The notes under the pieces were generated by a model, which saw only the letters and a list, made by a program, of their open reading frames with translations, made no database searches and was not told where the DNA came from. 64,000 nucleotides of DNA, from the NCBI GenBank assembly GCA_031411295.1, contig JANOAV010000057.1, forward strand, positions 35,204 through 99,203, given 5' to 3'. This stretch comes from Verrucomicrobiales bacterium (GTDB taxonomy: Bacteria > Verrucomicrobiota > Verrucomicrobiia > Verrucomicrobiales > V1-33). Shown here piece after piece: positions 8,175 through 16,812 of this stretch (positions are counted from its first letter, which is position 1; each line of letters starts with the position of its first letter). A program made the translations under genes and the position numbers.

Positions 8175-11153
8175 ATGGAAACCAACTGCCAACAGTGCGG
8201 CCAGGCCCTCATAGCGGGTCCAGGAGAATCCATGTTCTGCGCCAGTTGCGCCATGAACGACTTCCTGAACGAAGCCGCGGACGTGCCCACCCTCGTTGCC
8301 AGCGCCCCAGTCTCCGCCAAAGGCCGGGCCGTCATCGAAGGCCACGAACTTATCGAAGAACTCGCCCGCGGCGGCATGGGTGTCGTTTACAAAGCCCGTC
8401 AACTCAGCCCGCGGCGGGATGTCGCCCTCAAAATGCTCCTGCCCGTGGGGGACAAGCTGGACGAATTCCGGGAACGCTTCAGATTAGAAGCCCGCGCCCT
8501 GGCCGAGTTGGACCACCCGAGTATTCTGCCACTCTACGTGGCCGGAGAGCATGAAGGCATGCCCTTCTTCACCATGAAACTGGCCCTCGGCGGTTCCCTG
8601 GCGCAATTACTCAAGGCCGGCAAGAAGCTCGATTTCAAGACCATCGCCAACCTCATCGCCACCTTGGGGGAAGCCGTCTTTTACGCCAACCAGCGCGGCA
8701 TCCTCCATCGGGACATCAAACCCGGCAACATCCTCTTCGACGAAAACCAGCAACCCTTCCTGGCCGACTTCGGACTCGCCAAATTAATCGGCGGAGATCC
8801 CGCCAACACCATGTCCATGGCCGCCATGGGCACCCCCTGCTACATGGCCCCGGAAGTCGCCACCCACGGAGCCAAATCCGCCACCGCCAGCAGCGACGTT
8901 TACGGCCTCGGAGCCGTCCTCTACGAACTCCTGGCCGGCAAGCCCCCCTTCCAAGTCGAAGGCCTCGGAGCCATCCTCAAAAAAGTAGCCGAAGAAGCCC
9001 CCGAAGCCCCCTCCACCCTCGCCAAAGGCGTCCCACGCGACCTCGAAGTCATCTGCCTAACCTGCCTCGCCAAAGACCCCAAAAAGCGCTACAGCACCGC
9101 CCAAGCCCTCTCCGAAGACCTCCAACGCTGGCTCCACGGAGAGCCCATCACCGCCCGCCGCGTCGGCCCCGCCGAACGCCTCTGGTCCTGGGCCAAACGT
9201 CATCCAGGGTTGGCAGGCATGAGCGCTGCGCTGCTGGTGACACTGAGTGCGGGGAGCGCGTGGCTGTGGGTGCAGAACTTGAGACTGGATGCGGCACTCG
9301 TAAAGGAAAGCCAAGCCAAGCGGGAGGCCCTCCAGAATAATTTGGCATTACAAGACCGAATCGAGTTCCTAACTGGTGATTTTGCGGACTACATGGAGAG
9401 CATAGGAAGGATCGATCTATTGGAGATGGTCTGGAAGGACTTAGACAAAACCTATTCTTTGGGGGCTAACTTGAACGTTGCGGCATCCGGACAACTCAGG
9501 AGAAGCAGGCTGCTCTCCCGATGGAGTCGCGCTCAACAATTACAAGGCGAGTCTCAATCAGCTGTCGAGTTAGCCCAACGAGCCGTGGATGCGGTGGCCG
9601 ACGCTTCGACATTGCCAGATTATGACACCCAGCAAGGAATAGAAGCGCTTGGGACAGCAAAGATTGCAATGGCTGAGGCACAAGCCGGACGCGGTGATTT
9701 TCAGGCGGCTATGCAAACATTGGATTTTCTAAGCCAAAGTCCGTCAAGTGAGCCGATCCCTTTATTGTCAGCCGAGGTTGAACTGGCCAAGACAGCCACG
9801 ATTCTTCGCATTAACTCTAGCAGCGAGATTGGTGAGGAAGCATCGAAGCATGCTGAACTGGCATTGACATCGGCTCAGCAAGCCTTCCAGTCGAACTCGA
9901 AATCAGCAATTTCAATCGAAATACTGGGACGCTCCCTCTTGGCGAAAGCGGAGACAACCCTCGCGAAACTTGGAATGATGGACGCACCAGCGATGGCAAA
10001 TTTTGAGACGTTGAGGGCCAATGCACCACTATCATTATACAAAAATGCCGCAGAATTCCTAGCCAATGCGATGAAGGAGACGCCAAAAAACTCTAGCCTG
10101 ACACGACACTATAATGATGCAGTAAGTAGTCAGATCTACATCCTAAACCGGATGCCCGGAAGGGAAATGGAGGCTGAGCAATCGTTGCGAGCTAATGTGG
10201 CAAGGCTGAAGTTATTGGCTGACCAAGACCCATTAAACTGGCGCTGGAAACTCGACTTGGCTGATGCTTACTCTGCATCAGCCACATTATTTCGTCGGAA
10301 GGGTGAATTACCCGAGGAATTAAGTAGTCGAACTCAATCCTGTGAGACGGCTAGGCTTGCCCTCGAAGCTGCTCCTGAGGGATATCGCCCCTCCCTATTG
10401 GTTATCCGGTCGGAGAAAGCACTTGGGGAGTTGCACCTCAAGCAGGGTAATGTGGATGCTGGAAAACGTTCATTCGAGATCTCCCTCCAAACAGCTCATG
10501 GATTGTTGGCTCGTCACGGACACAAGCTTACCGAGGTTCTTGGCTACAAAAAGGTCATGGAAGAAATGCTCGGTGAGCTTGCCAAGGTTTCCCCTGACGC
10601 GGGAATTGAACTGTCCCGCCGCGAAATGAGTTGGATTGAGGAATTTGGCGGCACCTCCCCCAGCAGCCCGTGGGTTTACGCCGCAGCAGCTGCGCAACGT
10701 CGCCTTGCCAGTGCGCACAAAGCACGGGGCGATTTTGCAGAAGCAATGAATTACACCCAGCAAGCCCTGCTTAAACGGGTAGCGCTCCTGCGGCAGACTT
10801 GGGAACCTGAGCGGCTTGATGGCGATGTCTGGCACGGCTATCAAGAAATGGCGAAATTGCAAGTGCACGAAAACATGATTACAGAAGCCCTGGAAACGGC
10901 CGAGCAAGCCCTGGCAATACGCAGGGAATTCCCCCACCTAAAGAGCAGCCGCCATCAATGGTGCGCCCCCTTATTGGAAGTGTTGAACAAGGCCCTCTCA
11001 ACTGGAGGTCCTACCACCGTGCGGGCTGAAAGTATAGCAGGATTGGCTTACGACCTTCTCTACGGCCCCGATCAGCCAAAAATTGAGAGCGCGGAGGACC
11101 AACTAGCTGCCGGGATTTTAGAAAAGTCGAGGAAGTTGCCAGCAGAACCATAA
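8175..11153 (+). CDS. Hanks-type Ser/Thr protein kinase with N-terminal Zn ribbon, one TM helix and a long helical/TPR-like C-terminal domain
   Basis: CQQC/CASC; RGGMGVVY, VALK, HRDIKPGN, DFG, YMAPE; hydrophobic GLAGMSAALLVTLSAGSAWLWV; about 600 aa of Ala/Leu/Glu-rich helical repeats. Confidence 0.95.
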   Translation: METNCQQCGQALIAGPGESMFCASCAMNDFLNEAADVPTLVASAPVSAKGRAVIEGHELIEELARGGMGVVYKARQLSPRRDVALKMLLPVGDKLDEFRERFRLEARALAELDHPSILPLYVAGEHEGMPFFTMKLALGGSLAQLLKAGKKLDFKTIANLIATLGEAVFYANQRGILHRDIKPGNILFDENQQPFLADFGLAKLIGGDPANTMSMAAMGTPCYMAPEVATHGAKSATASSDVYGLGAVLYELLAGKPPFQVEGLGAILKKVAEEAPEAPSTLAKGVPRDLEVICLTCLAKDPKKRYSTAQALSEDLQRWLHGEPITARRVGPAERLWSWAKRHPGLAGMSAALLVTLSAGSAWLWVQNLRLDAALVKESQAKREALQNNLALQDRIEFLTGDFADYMESIGRIDLLEMVWKDLDKTYSLGANLNVAASGQLRRSRLLSRWSRAQQLQGESQSAVELAQRAVDAVADASTLPDYDTQQGIEALGTAKIAMAEAQAGRGDFQAAMQTLDFLSQSPSSEPIPLLSAEVELAKTATILRINSSSEIGEEASKHAELALTSAQQAFQSNSKSAISIEILGRSLLAKAETTLAKLGMMDAPAMANFETLRANAPLSLYKNAAEFLANAMKETPKNSSLTRHYNDAVSSQIYILNRMPGREMEAEQSLRANVARLKLLADQDPLNWRWKLDLADAYSASATLFRRKGELPEELSSRTQSCETARLALEAAPEGYRPSLLVIRSEKALGELHLKQGNVDAGKRSFEISLQTAHGLLARHGHKLTEVLGYKKVMEEMLGELAKVSPDAGIELSRREMSWIEEFGGTSPSSPWVYAAAAAQRRLASAHKARGDFAEAMNYTQQALLKRVALLRQTWEPERLDGDVWHGYQEMAKLQVHENMITEALETAEQALAIRREFPHLKSSRHQWCAPLLEVLNKALSTGGPTTVRAESIAGLAYDLLYGPDQPKIESAEDQLAAGILEKSRKLPAEP

Positions 11154-11173
11154 CACTACACCCCAGCCATCTC

Positions 11174-12361
11174 GTGAATCAATCCTTTCCTTTCCACCAA
11201 CAAGACTGCGCTAATACCTGCGGCCCCGCCTGCGTAATGATGGCGCTGGAGGCGTTAGGTGCTGCGACCACGAGGACGCAACAGGAACTATTGTTGAGCA
11301 CTGGGGTGACCACAGATGCCAACGGGAATTGGTCAAGTGCACCCGACGGGATCGGACGCACCATGAATTCTCTGTTAGGGACCAGTGCCATCGGCTATGA
11401 AGTAAAAGCCTATAGGTTCGACGATCTAAACTCCCTTGAGCTAGTCCATGAAATCGTTGAGAGGACTACAGAGGCGATGCAGGCAACCAATGCCCCTGCT
11501 TTTATCCTAGTGGATGACACATCGCACTGGATTTTGCTGGAGGCAGCTAGGTGGGACGGCGCGTGGGAGTTATTCACCTCCGATCCTTTCTCAGGGGTAG
11601 AAGGCTGCTTGAGTCCTCTTCCAACCCATGGAGTTAGCCCGTGCGGCGCGTGCGGTCTGGGGGGGCTCACGCCAGCAACAGAAGAAACCCTGTGGAGTAA
11701 AATGACCGTTGTTTCGCTTGGAGATAATTGGAGAAATCACTATGTGGTAGTAACTCCGGTGCGTCGATCTGCGGGTGCGGGCCTAGGTAAGAAAAGAATC
11801 GAGTTCATCGCCAAACACCTGCGAGAGAGAATCAACTTGGATATTCCCCTGGCAGCTCCGCAACCTCGCCCTGGACCAATCCTCAGCACCGGAATATGGC
11901 AGCAGCTACCTCGAAGCCTTCAGTCGGCCCTCTTGGAAGGAAAAATTGAGAAGCGATGGAAAGTTCGTCGCAGCGGAACGGCAGCATTAGGCTATGAAAT
12001 TGTCCAACTCGCCTCCTCCAAACTTGGGGACACCTACGCGCTGGCGATTGTTGAAGAGGGCATGCTGCATGACTTGCGCCTAATTCAAAAAGGGAGCAAG
12101 CTGGAGAAACAACTGCTGCCAGTGGAGGCCAGCAAGGAGGAGTTATTGCAGAAACTCAAGCAGCAGCTTCCTCAAGAGCAAGCAGCTAAGGTATCTCCAG
12201 AGACCGTTGAAATCGCTAACGGATTCGAGTGGCGATCCTCCGCCGCAACACCTTCAAAATTCCGCCCATTTTATTCCCTGCGACTAGCGGATAAAACTTA
12301 CTACCTCACCAAAGAATTTCGCCTACTCACCGAGCTGCCGCCAGGCCGACAAGGTAACTGA
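11174..12361 (+). CDS. Stand-alone C39-like (papain-fold) cysteine peptidase with an uncharacterised C-terminal domain
   Basis: HQQDCANTCGPACVMMAL (oxyanion Gln and catalytic Cys), SHWILL (His), SDP (Asp); no ABC-transporter domain and no signal peptide; GTG start 20 bp after the kinase stop. Confidence 0.75.
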   Translation: MNQSFPFHQQDCANTCGPACVMMALEALGAATTRTQQELLLSTGVTTDANGNWSSAPDGIGRTMNSLLGTSAIGYEVKAYRFDDLNSLELVHEIVERTTEAMQATNAPAFILVDDTSHWILLEAARWDGAWELFTSDPFSGVEGCLSPLPTHGVSPCGACGLGGLTPATEETLWSKMTVVSLGDNWRNHYVVVTPVRRSAGAGLGKKRIEFIAKHLRERINLDIPLAAPQPRPGPILSTGIWQQLPRSLQSALLEGKIEKRWKVRRSGTAALGYEIVQLASSKLGDTYALAIVEEGMLHDLRLIQKGSKLEKQLLPVEASKEELLQKLKQQLPQEQAAKVSPETVEIANGFEWRSSAATPSKFRPFYSLRLADKTYYLTKEFRLLTELPPGRQGN

Positions 12362-12432
12362 ATCTGCTCTGGGCGAACTACGGAATTCACCCGCAATTAA
12401 ACAACAAACAACAAACAACCAAAACCAAAATT

Positions 12433-13131
12433 ATGACAAAATATTATGCAGCAGTTACCGCAACGTTAGACGCGTTGCTTTTGCTGAATCCTATGCCTAC
12501 CCTAGACAGGGATCTTGTGAACGTGTGGCTGAATGGAAATGGCACAGCTGCTACGCCTGGTATAAAAAACTTGGTCGCAACGCTGAAGACCAAAATAGCA
12601 GACCTCAAACGGCAAAAGAAAACACTGAAGCGAGCCTATCGGCTAGGGGCTTTGGGCTTGGTGCAGCGGCTTGCGAATATCTCGCCCGTCAGCGGAGCCA
12701 GATGCAATGCGCTTGACTTACTGTTGGCCAACTCCACGTGGACGGGTGCCCCTATGGCTGGGCGCGATTCACTCGAGTTTTATTCTGGCGGGGGCGCACC
12801 GCCAGTGAATTATTTGGAACTCAAAAACTATTTTGATAAATTAGAAGACGCACGCAAGGCTGCCGTTGAGGTTATTACTCACCTCAGAGGAGATACGGCT
12901 CTGAACCAAACCAATCCAGGTGAGTTGGCTGATGCGCTGGACAGGATTCTCAACGGCCCCACGGCCATCAATTCTGACCTGCGCGACGAAATGAAGGACC
13001 TTATTGTTGCCATGAAACACCATATGGCAGTCAAAGGGCAATTCGGTGGCGGAAATGGCGAAAACTCGTCCTATTGGCCCAGTTCCTTCATCGCGAGTAG
13101 CAGCTCCAGCAGCACGCCGCCGCCTCCGTGA
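12433..13131 (+). CDS. Hypothetical helical protein with Gly/Ser/Pro-rich C-terminal tail
   Basis: 232-aa ORF with an A/C-rich leader before the ATG; ends FGGGNGENSSYWPSSFIASSSSSSTPPPP. Confidence 0.8.
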   Translation: MTKYYAAVTATLDALLLLNPMPTLDRDLVNVWLNGNGTAATPGIKNLVATLKTKIADLKRQKKTLKRAYRLGALGLVQRLANISPVSGARCNALDLLLANSTWTGAPMAGRDSLEFYSGGGAPPVNYLELKNYFDKLEDARKAAVEVITHLRGDTALNQTNPGELADALDRILNGPTAINSDLRDEMKDLIVAMKHHMAVKGQFGGGNGENSSYWPSSFIASSSSSSTPPPP

Positions 13132-13158
13132 CTAAGACGGCCGGCATTGGCGTGCCGC

Positions 13159-14268
13159 TCATTTTCCAAACACCGCCCGCCACCACATGCGGTGCTCTTT
13201 GGCATTACACAAGTGTTCCACGGCCCAGTTTCTGGTGCCGTGGGACATTTGTTTTAGGAGCGCGCGGTCTTGTTGGAGGGCTCGGGCGTAGTGGCCGTAG
13301 TCGGCGTTGGTGTTGCAGAGGTAGCCGGAGACTTCGTGTTGCACGAGGTTTTCGAGATGGTGGCCGTTGCCTCTGGGGAGGATGGGGACGGCTCCGGTGA
13401 GCATGGCTTCGACCACGGCTCGGCCCCAGCTTTCTTTGAACCGGGGGCTGGTGTTATAGACGAGGAGGTCCAGGCTGTGCAGGAAGTCCACGGTGGGAAT
13501 GCTGGCGGGTTCCAGGAGTTCCCAGCGGCTGTCGAATTCGTGGTGGCTCCAGCGGCTGGTGAGGTCCTCGCTCCAGGCCATGACGCGAAATTTCACGGGG
13601 TCGGTGAGTCCCAGACGCTCGTAGAATTTAGGGAAGTCATCGGGAAATTTACTGGGGTCCGGGCGGGAGAGTCGGCCGATGGTGAACGGTCGGTTTTCCG
13701 ACTGCCAATGACCCCGCTCACGGAAGGGAAAGAGCGCAGGATCAATGTAATTTCCTGTCATTACCCAAGGCAGCGTGTTGTCCCCCACTTGCATGACTCC
13801 GGACCAATCGGTGGATGATGCGATCGCTGGTTCCGGGGAGATTTCTCCTCCCAGCATTTTGACATAACCGGGTTCCAGTTCCCGGCGTTGGGCGGGGGAA
13901 ACGTAGAGCACCTTATCGATCAGACCGCTTTGCACGGCGGCGGCTTCGCCCTTGAAGTGCCACATCATTTCGCTGCTCCAGGCGATCTTCAGGCCGCGTC
14001 GCTTCATTTCAGCGGCCATGCCGTTGTCGAGGAAGGGGCCATTGCACAGTGCAATCGCCCAGCCTTCGAGTTGTTCCGGTAGCTCGGACATCAGCTTGAT
14101 GTCCACGCCGAGCGCCCGCACTTCGGCGGTCCAAGGGGTGTCCAGATACCGTGCTTCATTGGGGATCACAGTGATCTCATACTCGGTGTGCAGGAGGCGC
14201 AGGAGATGAGAAAACTTCGTGTCCGCGCCCCCGATGGCAGACGGCCAGTTGAACCAGTAAATGTGCAT
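13159..14268 (-). CDS. Glycosyltransferase, GT4 / GT-B fold
   Basis: IGGAD N-terminal loop, IGRLSR...K, ESWGRAVVEAMLTG (E-x7-E). Start set at MHIYWF (14268). Confidence 0.85.
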   Translation of the reverse strand: MHIYWFNWPSAIGGADTKFSHLLRLLHTEYEITVIPNEARYLDTPWTAEVRALGVDIKLMSELPEQLEGWAIALCNGPFLDNGMAAEMKRRGLKIAWSSEMMWHFKGEAAAVQSGLIDKVLYVSPAQRRELEPGYVKMLGGEISPEPAIASSTDWSGVMQVGDNTLPWVMTGNYIDPALFPFRERGHWQSENRPFTIGRLSRPDPSKFPDDFPKFYERLGLTDPVKFRVMAWSEDLTSRWSHHEFDSRWELLEPASIPTVDFLHSLDLLVYNTSPRFKESWGRAVVEAMLTGAVPILPRGNGHHLENLVQHEVSGYLCNTNADYGHYARALQQDRALLKQMSHGTRNWAVEHLCNAKEHRMWWRAVFGK

Positions 14269-14375
14269 TGAGCAGTGGTATAGCAGGTTGCTGAGAGGGT
14301 GCAATCGTAAGCGTCGGACGATGGTTTTCACGGCCATTTCCCGGCATTGCGCCTCAAAATCCCTTTGTCAGGTGA

Positions 14376-14402
14376 CGGCGGCGGGACGCACGCCGCTCCC
14401 AG
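14376..14402. repeat. REP-like unit
   Basis: cggcggcgggacgcacgccgctcccag is essentially the reverse complement of 6397-6422. Confidence 0.7.
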
Positions 14403-14504
14403 TGGGGGGCAATTATGCTTCAAACTTCCACAAACTAAGAATTATTTGCGACTCCTGCCATTTCGCTTTTGTAATTTCCAAAATTGGTCATAAACTTCGC
14501 ACCC

Positions 14505-15494
14505 ATGTTTAAAAATGCTCGATATCGCGATAAAAAAGTCTGCGTCGTTACTGGCGGTGCAGGATTCCTCGGCTCCCATCTCACTGACCGATTGCTCAAG
14601 GAGGGCTATCGAGTCATTGGGATCGATAATTTGCTGACTGGGTCCACGCGCAACATCGAGCATCTGGCTGGCAACGAGAATTATCATTTCATCCACCACG
14701 ACGTCTCCAACTACATCTTCGTGGAAGGCCGGGTGGACTTCGTGTTCCACTTCGCCTCCCCAGCCAGCCCCATCGATTACCTGGAACTGCCGATCCAGAC
14801 CCTGAAAGTCGGTTCCCTGGGCACCCACAATGCCCTGGGCCTGGCCAAGGCCAAGGGAGCTACTTTCCTGCTGGCCTCCACCTCCGAGGTCTATGGCGAT
14901 CCGCTAATCCATCCCCAGAAGGAAGACTACTGGGGCAACGTCAACCCGGTGGGCCCACGCGGCGTCTATGATGAAGCCAAGCGCTTTGCCGAAGCCATCA
15001 CCATGGCCTATCATACTTACCATCGGCTCGACACCAAGATCGTCCGCATCTTCAACACCTATGGTCCCCGCATGCGCTTGGAAGACGGTCGCGTGGTCCC
15101 TGCCTTCTGCGGCCAGGCCCTCAAAGGTGAGCCGCTTACCATCCAAGGCGATGGTTCCCAAACCCGCAGTTTCACCTACGTGAGCGACCTCATCGACGGC
15201 ATCTTCCGCTTGGCCCACAGCGAAGAGCATCAGCCTACCAACGTTGGCAACCCGCGGGAAATGAGCATCAAACAATTTGCGGATGCCGTCCTCAACATCA
15301 TCGACTCCCCCGCTGGGATTGCCTATCGCCCACTGCCAGCAGACGATCCCAAAGTGCGCCAACCGGACATCGAGAAAGCCAAACGCGTCCTCGGGTGGGA
15401 ACCCAAAGTTCCGTTTGAAGAAGGCATCCTTCCGACCATCGCCTACTTCATCAGCGTCCTGGGAGAAGAGGCCAAATGCAAGCTCAAGTCCTAA
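14505..15494 (+). CDS. uxs: UDP-glucuronate decarboxylase (UDP-xylose synthase)-like extended SDR
   Basis: [58 protein letters not shown]. Confidence 0.9.
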   Translation: MFKNARYRDKKVCVVTGGAGFLGSHLTDRLLKEGYRVIGIDNLLTGSTRNIEHLAGNENYHFIHHDVSNYIFVEGRVDFVFHFASPASPIDYLELPIQTLKVGSLGTHNALGLAKAKGATFLLASTSEVYGDPLIHPQKEDYWGNVNPVGPRGVYDEAKRFAEAITMAYHTYHRLDTKIVRIFNTYGPRMRLEDGRVVPAFCGQALKGEPLTIQGDGSQTRSFTYVSDLIDGIFRLAHSEEHQPTNVGNPREMSIKQFADAVLNIIDSPAGIAYRPLPADDPKVRQPDIEKAKRVLGWEPKVPFEEGILPTIAYFISVLGEEAKCKLKS

Positions 15495-15536
15495 CTCTCT
15501 AACCGGAGGGTGGCCTTCCGTCCACCAGTGCCCCGG

Positions 15537-16649
15537 CTACTTCATCTCCATCTTCGCGCCCGGCCGAATCAACGTCGGCAGGCGCACCGCATCCCAGTTG
15601 GCCAACCGCACACAGCCGTGACTCTCGCTACGACCGATCGTGTCGGGTGAACTGGTGCCGTGCAGGCCAATGCCCGACTTGTTGGTGCCAGCCCAGAGAA
15701 TCCCCACGGGATTATTTGGACCGGGGGGCAGTTGATAGAATTGCTCACTGCGTTTGCCTTCATTGAGCATGGATTTATCCCACCGGAACTCAGGCGTGGT
15801 GATCATCGTCTGCACCACCCAATTCCCCACATGGATAAATTTCTTCTGCCCCGGCGTAATGGGGAAGCTGGCGAACAACCGATCCTTCTCGTCATAAAAC
15901 GTGGCCACCCGTTCCTTCGTGTCCACCACTACCCGATGCGCGCTCAGCAGTGGGTCCTCTGGAAATTTCTGGCTGTAAGGGACATGCTCAATACAAAAAG
16001 GCGACTTAACATTCGGCACCACGACCAAGTCCCCGGGCTTCAATTTGGAGAAATTAACGTTCGGATTCAGCCGCTCCAGACAGACTTGGCTGGTGTGAAA
16101 TTTCTCCCCGACAAACTCTTTGATATCCTTATAGCCCAGATATTTATACTGCGCCTGATCCTCCGGCTTGGCCGGAAGGCTGGGGACCAGAAACCGAAAG
16201 TCATTCTCCCGCAGCCGATAAGTGGCGTAGGTGCTCGTCACCATCCTCCGCGCAGACTGCACAATGACGAACCAATTATCCTTCGGCAGTTTGTTCACCT
16301 GATTGTAAATCTGCCCGGCCTTCAGCGTGAACTCTCCCATCTCTCCATCAATTTTGCCCGGTCCGAAATTGTTCTCATCCAGAAAAATCTGCACCCGCGT
16401 AATCCCCTCCACGTCCTTGCCGGAAGGAGCGGGGGTAAATTTAGCATCGTCTCTCATTACGCCCAGGCCGGGCGATTTTTCCGTTCCTCCAGTCGGCTCG
16501 GACGCATCCTCTGGAATCACCCGAGCCACCGGAGGCTTTACCACGTGGGAGACCGCAGGCACCACTTTCGGGGCCCCATCCTGCGCAAATATAGTCCCCC
16601 ACCCGAGGAAACAAGCTGTGATAAGAGGATATTGGATTCTGGTCGACAT
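15537..16649 (-). CDS. L,D-transpeptidase (YkuD family) with PG-binding/LysM-like regions
   Basis: Signal peptide; PGKIDG; LPPGPNNPVG; GIGLHGT...GRSESHGCVRL. Confidence 0.92.
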   Translation of the reverse strand: MSTRIQYPLITACFLGWGTIFAQDGAPKVVPAVSHVVKPPVARVIPEDASEPTGGTEKSPGLGVMRDDAKFTPAPSGKDVEGITRVQIFLDENNFGPGKIDGEMGEFTLKAGQIYNQVNKLPKDNWFVIVQSARRMVTSTYATYRLRENDFRFLVPSLPAKPEDQAQYKYLGYKDIKEFVGEKFHTSQVCLERLNPNVNFSKLKPGDLVVVPNVKSPFCIEHVPYSQKFPEDPLLSAHRVVVDTKERVATFYDEKDRLFASFPITPGQKKFIHVGNWVVQTMITTPEFRWDKSMLNEGKRSEQFYQLPPGPNNPVGILWAGTNKSGIGLHGTSSPDTIGRSESHGCVRLANWDAVRLPTLIRPGAKMEMK

Positions 16650-16812
16650 GAACCTTAATTATTAATCATAATTAGCAAAGGTCAACGCCAAGGAGGGTGG
16701 ACATTCCATCCCTCTGCGCGATTCACACGCTGGTGGTGTTTGGGCATGAGCAGATTACCGACCGGGACGGTCGTGCTGCGTCGATGCTGTGTGCATTCTA
16801 CCAGGGGAGAAC

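Noticed and set aside
15660..16658. Long antisense ORFs (e.g. 15660-16658, 23714-24565, 35502-36266, 5411-6082)
   Set aside because: Shadows of well-supported genes on the opposite strand, expected in GC-rich DNA.
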